A DNA stretch of 64,000 nucleotides from Octopus sinensis (Eukaryota), in the NCBI RefSeq assembly GCF_006345805.1, contig NW_021833053.1:22921-86920 (forward strand), written 5' to 3'. The position numbers and the translations under genes were made by a program. Below the pieces are notes generated by a model. The model saw nothing but the letters and a program-made list of their open reading frames with translations. It ran no database searches and had not been told where the DNA came from. Shown here in pieces: positions 37,951 through 49,250 of the stretch. How positions within the stretch are numbered: position 1 is the stretch's first letter; each line of letters opens with the position of its first letter.

Positions 37951-38345
37951 AGGCGCAGGAGTGGCTGTGTGGTAAGTAGTTTGCTAACCAACCACATTAT
38001 TCCGGGTTCAGTCCCACTGCGTGGCATCTTGGGCAAGTGTCTTCTGCTATAGCCCCGGGCCGACCAATGCCTTGTGAGTGGATTTGGTAGACGGAAACTG
38101 AAAGAAGCCTGTCGTATATATATATATGTGTGTGTGTGTATATGTTTGTGTGTCCGTGTTTGTCCCCCTGGCATTGCTTGACAACCGATGCTGGTGTGTT
38201 TACGTCACTTAGCTGTTCGGCAAAAGAGACCGATAGAATAAGTACTGGGCTTACAAAGAATTAGTCCCGGGGTCGATTTGATCGACTAAAGGTGGTGCTC
38301 CAGCATGGCCGCAGTCAAATGACTGAAACAAGTATAAGAGAGTAA
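37951..38345 (+). mobile_element. tRNA-derived SINE family A, near full length
   Basis: GGCGCAGGAGTGGCTGTGTGGTAAG...CCGGGTTCAGTCCC head, internal microsatellite, GAAACAAGTATAAGAG tail. Confidence 0.8.
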
Positions 38346-38418
38346 AGAGTATATATATATATATATACATACATACATACATATTTATATATATACATAC
38401 ATATATATATATATATAT

Positions 38419-38694
38419 ATCACGTGACCGACCAGGCTATCAGATGTTGCTACACATCGCTGGTCACAATGCGCTTCGCATTGTTTTAGCCACCCTGCTG
38501 GCTGAGCAAGCAGGCCAACAGAAGAAAGAGTGAGAGAAAGTTGTGGCGAAAGAGTACAGCAGGGATCGCCACCACCCCCTGCCGGAGCCTCATGGTGATT
38601 TAGGTGTTTTCGCTCAATAAACACTCACAACGGCTGGTCTGGGAATCAAAACCGCGAGTCTGCTGCCCTAACCATTGGGCCATTGCACCTCCAC
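38419..38694 (-). mobile_element. tRNA-derived SINE family D
   Basis: Minus strand starts GGAGGTGCAATGGCCCAATGGTTAGGGCAGC...TTTGATTCCC (A/B-box-like). Confidence 0.65.
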
Positions 38695-38767
38695 ATACAC
38701 ACACACATATATATATACATACACACACACACATATATACTTTATTTAAAGCAGCAGAAAATTCAAC

Positions 38768-38814
38768 AAAACCTGTTACTCTGAGTTTCCCGTTGCCGTT
38801 CATCGGACAGTTTT
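38768..38814 (-). ncRNA. Minimal type-I hammerhead-like motif, U4C core variant (second copy)
   Basis: Minus: AAAACTGT-CCGATGA-ACG-GCAA-CGG-GAAA-C-TCAGA-GTA-ACAGGTTTT, followed by AATAAA. Confidence 0.6.
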
Positions 38815-38932
38815 TGCTAGCAAAAAAAAAATAAAGCATATTACTCTACCACTGGTATTTGAGTACTCTTTTTTCCACCTTGTTTCACATTTATATGTTT
38901 ACTCCGGTGTGTGTATATATATATATATATAT

Positions 38933-38965
<33 letters not shown>

Positions 38966-39275
38966 TGTGCAGGCATGGCTAAATAGTTCACTTCTCAAGT
39001 ACATGGTTTCAGGTTCAATCCTTGGTCTTTTACTACAGCTCCATGACCTAGCAACAGACATTGTATAGTTTAACTTCAGTCAAAATTTCTGGTTGGAATG
39101 TGGCAGTGATGTTTGTTGACAACAAACTGTCCACTAGCTTTGTGCTTTTGAATATCTCTGGTGTAAAAGAAAAAAAAACTTGAAAAACTGGTTAGGGTTG
39201 GTGAATCTTGTCATAACAATTCTGCCTGAAATGCTAACACAGAAAAGCAGATATTGAATGAACAAATAAGTAAAA

Positions 39276-39337
<62 letters not shown>

Positions 39338-39417
39338 AATTGCAGCATGGAAGGTGTTTGTAAGCCATTTAAGAAACACACAAAAGCCGTTCGATTCACT
39401 TCAACATTTAAGTTTAA

Positions 39418-39467
39418 TTTGTCAAAATATTTTCGTCGCTAAAATCCGCGACCTGTTCACTGACAAA
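39418..39467 (-). ncRNA. Hammerhead-like motif with G3:C8 core (left arm of palindrome)
   Basis: Minus: TTTGTCA-GTGAACA-G-GTCGC(loop)GCGAC-GAAA-ATAT-T-T-TGACAAA. Confidence 0.55.
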
Positions 39468-39487
39468 AATCCGATGCAGCACGGATT

Positions 39488-39537
39488 TTTGTCAGTGAAC
39501 AGGTTGCAGATTTTAGCGACGAAAATATTTTGACAAA
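39488..39537 (+). ncRNA. Hammerhead-like motif with G3:C8 core (right arm of palindrome)
   Basis: TTTGTCA-GTGAACA-G-GTTGC-AGATTTTA-GCGAC-GAAA-ATAT-T-T-TGACAAA: 7-bp stem I, 5-bp stem II, palindromic AATATT stem III. Confidence 0.55.
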
Positions 39538-40306
39538 TTAAACTTAAATGTTGAAGTGAATCGAACGGCTTTTGTGTGTTTCTTAAATGGCTTATAAACA
39601 CCTTCCATGCTGCAATTGTTTTCGTTTTAGCACACGATCTCAGATCAAATCACTTGCTATGCGAGTACATCTCTGTAATATATATATATACACACACACA
39701 CATCATCATCATTTAATGTTCATGTTCCATGCTAGCATGGTTTGGACAGTTTGACAGGATCTGGTGGATCCAAGGACTACATATGGTTGATGATGATAAT
39801 GATATTTTACTGCAACCAAATAAGTACCAATAGTAGACTGAATTCCATTCTGTCATACATGCATCCTTTCTTCCCAGAACTAACTTTGTGAATTGTCAAA
39901 ATGAAGAACTATAAAGAGATCAAAAATACATTTGAGCTACATGTAGGTACTGTGGTAAATATTTACCATGGAGAGCTGTACCATGCCGAGAATGAAGTTT
40001 TTGATGGCATAACAAATTTGGCTGTACTCAAGTAGACTCGTCCACCACAGCAGAATTGATACCAGTGCTGGTGCCACATAAAGAGCATCCAGTACACTCT
40101 GTGGAATGGTTGGTCTTAGGAAGGGCATCCGACCATGCCAGAACAGACAATGGAGCCTGATGTGGCCCCTGGCCTTACCAGCTCCAGTCAAACCATCCAA
40201 CTCATGCCAGCATTGGATAACTGACATTAAACAATGATGATGATGTTTGACCATAGCTATATTTTAAAACACTCAATAATTGAGAGATATTTAATGAAAT
40301 AACAAT

Positions 40307-40520
40307 CTTCGTGCTGCATCACGAAGTTTTGTCAGTGAACAGGTCACCGTCTCAAAGCGACGAAAATATTTTGACAAATTAAATTTAAATGTTGAAGTGA
40401 ATCTAGCGATTTTTGTGTGTTTCTTAAATGGCTTATAAACACCTTCCATGCTGCAATTGTGTTCATTCCAGCACACGATCTCAGATCAAGTCACTCGCTA
40501 TGCAAATACATCTCCATAAT
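40307..40520 (+). mobile_element. Second copy of the palindrome-arm element (Penelope-pLTR-like); hammerhead-like motif at 40328-40378
   Basis: Homologous to 39482-39680; begins with hairpin CTTCGTG-CTGCAT-CACGAAG. Confidence 0.7.
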
Positions 40521-40601
40521 GACCTAATATTGTTTCAACTAAATTAAAATTTAAAACATGCATTTAACTTTGTTCTTTGTTTTCTCCTCCTCCTACAACA
40601 G

Positions 40602-40649
40602 AGCTATGATGCTGCTCCAATGACTCCCGCGCAGAGGGCTGCACTACAG
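40602..40649 (+). CDS. INIP: INIP coding exon 4 (SYDAAPMTPAQRAALQ)
   Basis: Long pyrimidine tract + ACAACAG, donor CAG|GTAAAT; phase 0-0; matches the ..Q.AALQ motif of SOSS-C. Confidence 0.9.
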
Positions 40650-42896
40650 GTAAATTTCATTTGTTTTTATATCTTATTTTTCTTGTGCTAGCATAGGTTA
40701 AAATGATCGTATTATTGAGACATTGTTTAGCAACCAGAAGTCTTTCCCATTGCTTACCTTTACCTATTTGTCAAATAAGGAATGCATTATTCTACGTCTT
40801 TGAAGGTGCAAAGTTAGTGGATAATCTGTCGTAAGCACTCTTTGGGAAAATGCAAACGTGGACGAATGCACATGCACACATACATATGCTATGGGCTTTT
40901 CCCAGGTTTCATCTACCAAATCCACTCACACGGCTTTGGTTGGCTTGAAGCTATAGTAGATTGCACATGTCCAAGATGTCATGCAGTGGCGACAACCCAC
41001 AACCATATGGACTAGGAAGCAGGCTTCTTAACTGCACAGATATTCTTGTGCCTATCTATATAAGGAATTATCAGTAAATGGCAATCCATTGCTTATAAAT
41101 ATAAGCAATAAATACAAGCACTCTCGGAGTGGTTGGCATTTGGAAGGCAATCCTGCTGTAGAAACTCTGCCAAATCAAGATTGGAGCCTGGTGCAGCCAC
41201 CTGGTTCGCCAGCCCTCAGTCAAATCGTCCAACCCATGCTAGCATGGAAAACGGACGTTAAACGATGATGATGATCAACTGAAACTACAATTTGCAGGAT
41301 TACAGTTTAGATGGTTCTATAAGTATGCAACGCCCAACACCAACACAAAATTCCTGTATATAAAATAAATTGGAACAGTTTTATTAAGCGATTTTCAGGT
41401 TAGCCTCAAGGGCACAAATTATTAATGCTAGTTCGTGATACTCTCAAAAAATAAAAGTGAAAGAGAGGATGCAAAGCAAAGTGCACCAAGCAGGATATGA
41501 ATTCAGAGCATAAATATGCATTGTGATGCATATATTTGTTCAGTAGTTTACTTTAATAATGATCTTTAACACCTGCGCAAAGACCACAAATGTTTGGAGA
41601 GATTGTTTAATTAATTATATCAATCCAAAAGAATGAGACGTATAAATGACCCTAACAGAAACAGAGGCCATTTTAATGATCATAATTAAAACATAAAGTG
41701 TTATTTCTCATGTCTTATTTTCCGTCTATAAATTTTTCTTTTTTTGTTCAACTCCTTCGTTCAATCCGGGATTTATTTAATGCATGTAAATACTTCACCT
41801 CTTTTACTTTGATATCCCATAACATAGCCCTCAATAGAAATAATAGTTAGGTTCCTTAGTATTTCACATTTTGGTTCATCTGACAGCCTCTTCCAAACTT
41901 CCTAAGTGACCCTACTCAAAGTGACAGTATTAAAGATAGATGAATTTTGTTGGTAAAGTCAATACAATGCCAAAACCTAAAGTAGTAATTCTATTTCATT
42001 CAAGTGACCTGAAGTGTTAGATACTTCCATTGTGCTTCTTTCCACAAATGCTGTACTGATGACCTTGAAACAAAAAGTAAACAATATTAAATATATCTTT
42101 GCTATGACAAAACTTTTGTCTAGTGTAGCTCTATCTATAATCATCATTATTATTAAATGTCCATGTTCCATGCTAGCTTGGGGTGGATGGTTTGACAGAA
42201 TCTGGGTTCAAGGACTGTGTCTATTTTGGCAATGTTTCTGTAGCTGTTTACCCTTCCTAATGCCAACCACTTTACAGCATTCCTTCTTCTTTCTTGTGCG
42301 TCACTGGTACTTGTAAGAACGTCATGCAGCTTGCAAGACAACAAGCCTGCAGGAGTAAGGGTCAGCTGTGATAGAAAATGAGAGATTAAAGTATAAAAGA
42401 AGGTGGAGGAGAGCAGGTTCTTGCAGAGAAGCTACAAAGCTGTGAAAAAATAGTTGTGATGTGGTGAGTGTAAGTGTGGGAGCAAAGGAACGCGGACTTT
42501 GGGTGGCTGAAGGTCTGCAAGAGATAGGGAAATAGGAGAAAGGAGGTGAGGTAGACAACTCTAATGGTTGGGCTAAAAGGTGGTTAAAGGGTAGCAGATG
42601 CCCTATGATGCATGAGTTGAGAAAGGTAGAGGGCTGCAAGACACACAATCAAACTTCTTAACTGAGCTCTTTTGACTTTTCAACATCATATGGATGAGGA
42701 AATATGCTACTCAGTTAATTCACCTATTTTCAAAAGCCTATCCTCTGTGTGTGTGTGCAAGCATAGCTGTTTGGTTAAGAAGCTCACAACCACATAATTT
42801 TGAGTTCAATCCTGGACAAATGTTTTCTATTATATCCCAGGGCTAAACTTTGGCTTGTAAATAAATTTGATCAATGGAAGCTGAAGCCCATCATGT

Positions 42897-43285
42897 GTGT
42901 AACTATCTTACAAACAATAACTCTGAGCACCTTTTCAAACTCCACCTGTCTAACACCCGTGGACATGTTTACAAAGTCAGAAAACAGCACAGCTCCCGTG
43001 ACTTTCGGAAACATTTTTTCACGCTAAGAGTTTCTGAAGCATGGAACAGACTGTCGGCATCAGTTGTTTGTTGTCGGAGCACTGCATCCTTCAAAACTTC
43101 CATGCTTCCTGAGATTCGCCAACACTACACCTGATTTTCTCCCCTCCATATACACAAGCAAGCATGTATCTGACTCATACACTGTTCACTTTCCACTTTT
43201 GTACATTACTGCATATACTTTATATGCACTTTTGACAAGTTGTGGTGCACCCGAGCACTGTATACAATAATTTCATTATTATTAT
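42897..43285 (+). mobile_element. CR1/L2-type LINE 3' end fragment
   Basis: NTRGHVYKV...RKHFFTLRVSEAWNRL motif, stop, 3' UTR ending (ATT)n. Confidence 0.8.
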
Positions 43286-45961
43286 ATGTGTGTGTGTTAG
43301 TGTTAGGAAAAACATCCAGCCATAGAAACCATGCCAAAACAAGCATGTAGCCCAGATAGCCCTTCAGTTGGCCAGCTCCTGTTAAATAATAATGATGATA
43401 TATATGATATGATGTATGTATGCCTATACATATATATATATAGTCAATAAAACATAAAGCAGAAAAAGAAGCACACTTTAAGGACTAGAGCAGTAATAAA
43501 ACAAAATTTAAATTCTGGTCATAGAATTACCAAAGGTTTCGCATAGTCTGACGAGCTGTCCACAAGGTTTAACTTTTTGTTTTGATATGTATATATATGT
43601 CTTCAAGGCAATGCTCGGCTGCAATCTAGTAACTCAAACAAGGTAATAGAAGGAAGAATGTATATATTTATGTGCATGTATGTATTTCGTGTTGAAGTAT
43701 ATCAGAGAAATAGTAAGCATTGGTAATAAACTGTTACTTTTAAACAAATGTCTCTTGTGGTATTTGTTCCTCCTAAATTATACAAGCACTCCCTTCTCAC
43801 ACCTGACGTCAGGACTGGTAATTCTACCTGTTAGAGATCCACTATCAAGATCACTATTGTTCACAGAAAATTAATACCAGTTTGAATGTAAACTAAGTGC
43901 AAGTCTATTGATTATATATGAGTATGCTACTGCTCCTACTACTACTACAATGGCAATCTTTATTACTACTTCTACCGCTATAACTACTATTACTACTACC
44001 ACCACCACTACTGCAACTATTATTACAAGTGTGTATTTGTAGCAAGGTACATAACTCTGCTTGTCTCAGCCTGCTCCACTTCTGTTTTATGAGTGAGTGG
44101 TTGTCAGACAATCAGTCAACCATAATAAAAACCAATTACTTCAGTTGTGAACTGATTGTAAATATATGTAAAGCCATTGTAACCATTGGCACCAACAGGA
44201 ACAAAAAAGAAAAATCAATGTCTCTGCAGTTACAAGGACAATATTATTTACAATGATGTTTATGTGGTATTAGCAGGAATCTTAAATACGAATGGTTTGG
44301 GTAAGGTACAGAACACTATTCCTTACCAACTCATAAATAAAGGGGACATTAGAGCACTCCATCTTTCTACAGAATCAAGGCAGCACCTCAGGCAAGTGCT
44401 ACCAAACTTTCTTTTGCCATTCCAAGAAATTATGGTAAAATTTGAAACCCAGCAGAATAGGTGGTGGGGTTGTCACATTCCTTCAATGGATTTGCTACCA
44501 TCAATTGTTTTCAGTTCTTTGCCATCGAACAAAGGTCAAAATTGTTAAGAAACAGATGTGCAAAAGTCTCTCTCTGCTAAACAAAACTGTGCTCCAGGAA
44601 TCCCTTAGATTCTTTTCAAAGGTCCTCTGATAATAATTACCTTGTAGCAACAAAAACAAGATTGTGGAATTTAAGAGCTCCTCGTTTAGGAATGGCACAG
44701 GGGCAGCTGTTGTCCAATACAGTGCTTTTCATGCAGAATAACAAATACCCAGCCTACAATTGGACTAGTGACTCCTTTATTGGCCTGCATCTTCATATGC
44801 GAACCCATAAAAGTTAAATTTGATAAACAATCATCCTTGACCATTTAGAACTGCCTCTGTCAATTATAAAATACAAACCCCAAAACCTGAGAATATTCGT
44901 GTCATTAAGAAAGTAAAATATTACAACTAGTTTGCCAAATACATTACACAATGTATCCTCATCTCTTTTTTTAAGACAGAATAAGATATGAAGATTAGGT
45001 TGCTATTCCTAGCACTTCTAGCATCCATTTAGTAACTCTTTCATTATCATATTTGTTTGATAAATTCATATATAGAAGTTAATATCCCTTAAATACTTCA
45101 AAGATGTAAACACCAGCATACCTTACCATCACTGTGATGAGTGCGTCTAAGGAAGGAAATGTGCATAAGGGGCCAAATGCCCTTTCCTAATACCTCAGAC
45201 TAACAATAACCCCCATACTATACATATTTCCTCAGGCTGACAACTCCCCCCCTCTCATACTCTAAATATTTCCAACTATTACAGGTGTTATAATTATAAG
45301 GGCATAGCACTATCAGAATCAGTCGGTCTTTAGTAAAATGTTTTGCATATTTAGTTATGTTTCTTTACTTCCCAAGGTTGGTTAAAGTAAATATCAAGGT
45401 GGTTTAAACAATTGCAATTTTGAACCATCAACTTAAGCCTTTTGTTACCATATTCCTGTTGAAACACAGTACCTTGGTTTCAATTGATTTTGAAAATAAT
45501 GAAGAATTTAATATGTTATATCGCACGTTCAGATGGCTTGCCTTTGCCAATAACGTACCTCTACTCAACTACCAAACTCTCACTTCCAATGACTCGACTC
45601 AACAGAACTCAACATCTAGTCTACCGAAGGCTCCGGCTCACTCTATGCGACACTTCTACGACTAGCTAATACGTCCACTATTTATACATACTGGACTAGC
45701 CTACTTATCGTCCATACCATATATCATACCATATATCCATTGGTTCCTCTCGCCTCTCTTGATTTTTTGGTATATCTTCTTTTAAATTGGTTTAAATGCC
45801 TTCTGTGGTCGGTCCTTTTACCATGTACATCATGTTACCTAGACGTCTAGTTATACTTCCTTGTTCCAGTCCTGTTTTCCGTTTCTATATATTTTAAATA
45901 CACTTCATCACCTGTATTAAAATATTTCGTTCTTCCTGAATTTTCTATTTTCTGTTTCCTA

Positions 45962-47226
45962 CGAGGGGCGTTCAATAAGTAATGCCCCTGACCCACTTCC
46001 CATAGCAGTAGAGCAACGACACTTGGCACAGTTATTAGTCTTTTCCTACATAGGAACTACCCAGAGTTATGCATTTCTCCCATCGTTTGATACAGCTCTG
46101 GAGACCGTTTTTGTAGAAGACCTCAGCTTGGTCCTCCAACCACGACGTGACTTCAGAAATCAAGGCTGCATCATCCGGGAAACGCTTTCCTTCAAAATTA
46201 ACTTCATGGCTGGGAAGAGATGAAAATCAGAGGGTGCAAGGGGAGGAGTTCATAGCTGCACGCCTGCGCTTCTGATCTGGCGACACGCGAGTTGTGGACC
46301 GGAGCGTTGTCCTGCAGGAGGAGGATGCCTTTGCTGATCTTGCCCCGCCTCTTGATTTTGATAGCTTCTCTTAATTTCCTCAAAAGTGAAGCATAATAGG
46401 CTCTGTAATTGTGGTACCCTTTGCCAGGAAATCTGTCATCACTACTCCGTCCTGGTCCCAGAAGACTGAGCATAACCTTGTCAGCGGAGGGCTGCACCCT
46501 TGCCTTCTTTGGAGGAGATGAGTCACGGTGCTTTCACTGCATTGACTGGGCTTTGGTCTATGGATCATAGTGATGGACCCAGGTTTTATCCTGTGTGATC
46601 AGTCTTTTGAAAAATTTTGACTCATCTTTTTGGCACATCTCCAAATTCATCCTCGAGCACTCGACGTGTTCTTGCTTCTGAAAAGGTGTGAGCAACCTGG
46701 AAATCCATCTGGCAGACACCTTTTGCATATGCAAATGGTCATGAATGATAGTTTCCACAGACCCGGTACTAATCTTGACCTCATGGGCTATTTGGCGAAT
46801 AGTTATGCGTCGATCTTCCAAAATGGCAGCCTCAACTTGACAGACAGATGCCTCATCAATGGCAGAAGGGGGCAACCAGATCTGGCAGCTGTTTCCACAG
46901 AGTTCCGACTATGTTTGAATTCACGATGCCAGCGTTTTACAAGGTCATATGATGGGACATCATCACATAAGTTACTTTCATTTCATCAAAAGTCTCCCGT
47001 GGTGTGCGTCCTTTCAAATACAAAAACCAGATCACTGCTCGACACTCAACAGGCTCCATTTCACACTTGACTCAGTTCAAACACCTGTAAATCAGAAACC
47101 ACAATTAGTTCAGAGCTGTAATTCGCCACTTAATCTATAGAGGTATAAATAAGTGCACATGCAAAATTTCAGCTAGATCAAACAACTGCAAGTGGGTCAG
47201 GGGCATTACTTATTGAACGCCCCTCG
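45962..47226 (-). mobile_element. Mariner (Tc1/mariner) transposon, full length 1265 bp
   Basis: Perfect 37-bp TIRs (45962-45998 / 47190-47226), TA target duplication on both sides. Confidence 0.95.
46035..47059 (-). pseudogene. Mariner transposase pseudogene (frameshifts and stops)
   Basis: MEPVECRAVI..., KVSARWISRLLT (WVP-like), ITQDKTWVHHYDP, LLLQDNAPVH, ...FYKNGLQSCIKRWEKCITLGSSYVGKD*. Confidence 0.9.
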
Positions 47227-48399
47227 TACTTGGCAACAATTTATCAAAAATAGAACGAATTTTTCTGGAAAACATCCAATCTGTGGGTAACCTACCTGAC
47301 TCTGCATTTGGATTAGGTGTTATTCTATACACCTGCAAAAACTTTGTCATCTATTTTTCTTGTATCTTCTCGAAGGTTTATTATTTGTTGGCATTCCTCA
47401 GCCACTTTCTGCAAGGTTAGTTTCACATCTTGATTCAGCTTTGATAATATTCTTTTTCTAATTTCCACGTCTTCCAGTGCCACCAGCCCTTTAACAAATA
47501 TTAGGCACTTTGAACATATCTGGCATTAATTCTTCCAGATTAAACCTTTCGCAATCCTTATTAACCATACTGGCATATGTTACAAAATCATTGGACTCAT
47601 TTTTCTTTAAATTAAAAAATTCCCACCGAATGTTAAACTGCAAACTTTTCTCGCTAAAAATATTAGTCAAAATATTTATCGTTTCATCAAAACACAATTC
47701 CGCGGGCTTTCTCCACAAAATAAAGTTACAAAAACTTTCATGTTCCGGAGGGGCAAGCTTTCACAAAAGAAGTCTTACCTTCCTTTCACTAGACCATCCC
47801 TTGCATTCTTCTTGGAATATGTCTTGGTATCGTCCGTAATATGCAGCAAAAGTAGTTCCTTCATCTGGTTTGTAGTGAAATTCTTCGATGGAATTCGCAA
47901 CACCGTTTGCTGAAAATGAATATCATATTTATTGACTGCAGTAACAATTCTGTTAACAGCTGTTGCTGCTTGACAACTGCTTTCAGTAACTCTTCCAATT
48001 TGGTACTATTGGAAACCTCATCGCCACTGTTATAGCGCACATTTGGAGGGCATGCCTTCGCCAATAACATACCTCTACTCAACTACCAAACTCTCACATC
48101 CACCGACTCAACTTAACAGAACTCAACGTCTAGTCTACCGACAGCTCTGGCTTGCTCTACGCGACACTTCTATGACTAGCTATCACATCCACTATTTATA
48201 TTGGAGTAGCCTACTTATCGTCGGGGTGGGGGGGGCGTCCACACAACATAATAAAATAACTAAAGTTGGTATTTTAGACATAAATTAACATAAAAATTTG
48301 ATGGAAGACTTTAATTTAGATCCCTTTAAAACAGGAAATTTCTTTCATAGAACCAGGGCCAGTCTCAGGTGGGATTGGTATCAAAAGAGTTAAAGTAAT

Positions 48400-49250
48400 T
48401 TATCTTGACTGAGAATGAATTTTATTCATTGAAATAACGAGTATTAGAATCATTACATTTTTGCCAACTCGAAAAAAGTTTTAGTTTCTGCAAAATCATT
48501 TACAAGACATGTTCTGGCTTTGTCATGAAAAAGAATTTATCTTTTTTTAGAGTGACCATTACTAGACGCAAACAATGCAGTTCTTGGTACATTCTGTCAA
48601 TTTCTTGTCAGTATTTATCTACTGTAATGATTTCACCAAGATTCTAGAAATAGTAGAGGAGGACTCCATTTGCTGACCTCCAAATACTGATCACAACTTT
48701 CTTTTGATCCAGCTTCAATTTAGAGAAGTGGTTTGTTGTTTCACCTCTGTCCATTCACCACAGAAAGCAATCAGTTATCATATACAATCCATTTTTCATC
48801 AACCGTTACAATGTGATTATGAAGTGGTACAAATGCCAAACAACCTCTTGACTGGTAGTTGTTTAGTTCTTCTGTAACCTCTTGAGTTGTTTTGGGTGTT
48901 TCAATAATGGCCCTCTCTTAGTAGTTCTCAATCACATAAGATTGTCTATAACCTCCCATATCTTCAAGGCTCTCATCTCCGCTATAACATTTTTGGAACT
49001 CAATACTGACCAAATGCTGGTTATCATGTTGGTTATCATGACCAGTTTTCTCTGCTTTGTATTCCATTTTGAACACCTATCGTAAAATTGCTTGAATTAA
49101 CATTTTTTCCTCACATTTTTAATTTCACTGCACAAAGTAAACTAGAATAAACAGCGTAAGCAAATCTGTTAGCATAAATAAATAGGCCAAAATCTGTGCT
49201 TCAAAGTGGCATGTTATGCAAATATACTTTATTTGATTGAAGGCATAAAA
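48400..49250 (-). mobile_element. Older, highly degraded mariner-like element
   Basis: Minus-strand remnants such as QYxFQKxYSGDESLED...TTQEVTEEL; boundaries approximate. Confidence 0.45.

Larger units (their letters stand above)
39334..39621. repeat. 288-bp near-perfect palindrome (140-bp arms, 8-nt loop, 3 mismatches)
   Basis: Arms compared base by base; loop ATGCAGCA at 39474-39481. Confidence 0.95.
45514..48248 (-). mobile_element. Ty3/Gypsy LTR retrotransposon, internally deleted (degraded gag only)
   Basis: Direct repeats ~45514-45719 and 48028-48248 (TGTT...AACA), 5-bp TSD TAATA, PBS TGGCGATGAGG (48016-48026, tRNA-Ser(GCU)-like), gag-like fragments IEEFHYKPDEG...FAAYYGRYQDIF...KVRLLL...FVTYASMVNKDCERF. 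Confidence 0.85.
45437..48389. mobile_element. piggyBac-like MITE (family P) split by LTR insertion: halves 45437-45513 and 48249-48389
   Basis: TTAA-GCCTTTTGTTACC ... GGTATCAAAAGAG-TTAA; the joined halves reproduce AAGAATTTAATAAAATAACT seen intact in the copy at ~56310-56330. Confidence 0.7.

Noticed and set aside
37951-38040. tRNA-like sequence with A/B boxes (also other SINE heads)
   Set aside because: No complete cloverleaf; part of multicopy SINEs, so not annotated as tRNA genes.
43530-43575. CTGACGA on + with GAAAC on the minus strand
   Set aside because: Core halves lie on opposite strands; no consistent hammerhead fold.
43920-44040. (TAC/CAC)n tract that could encode a Ser/Thr-rich exon
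   Set aside because: No splice signals in a frame compatible with INIP; exon 4 joins exon 5 directly at conserved AALQ|HAH.
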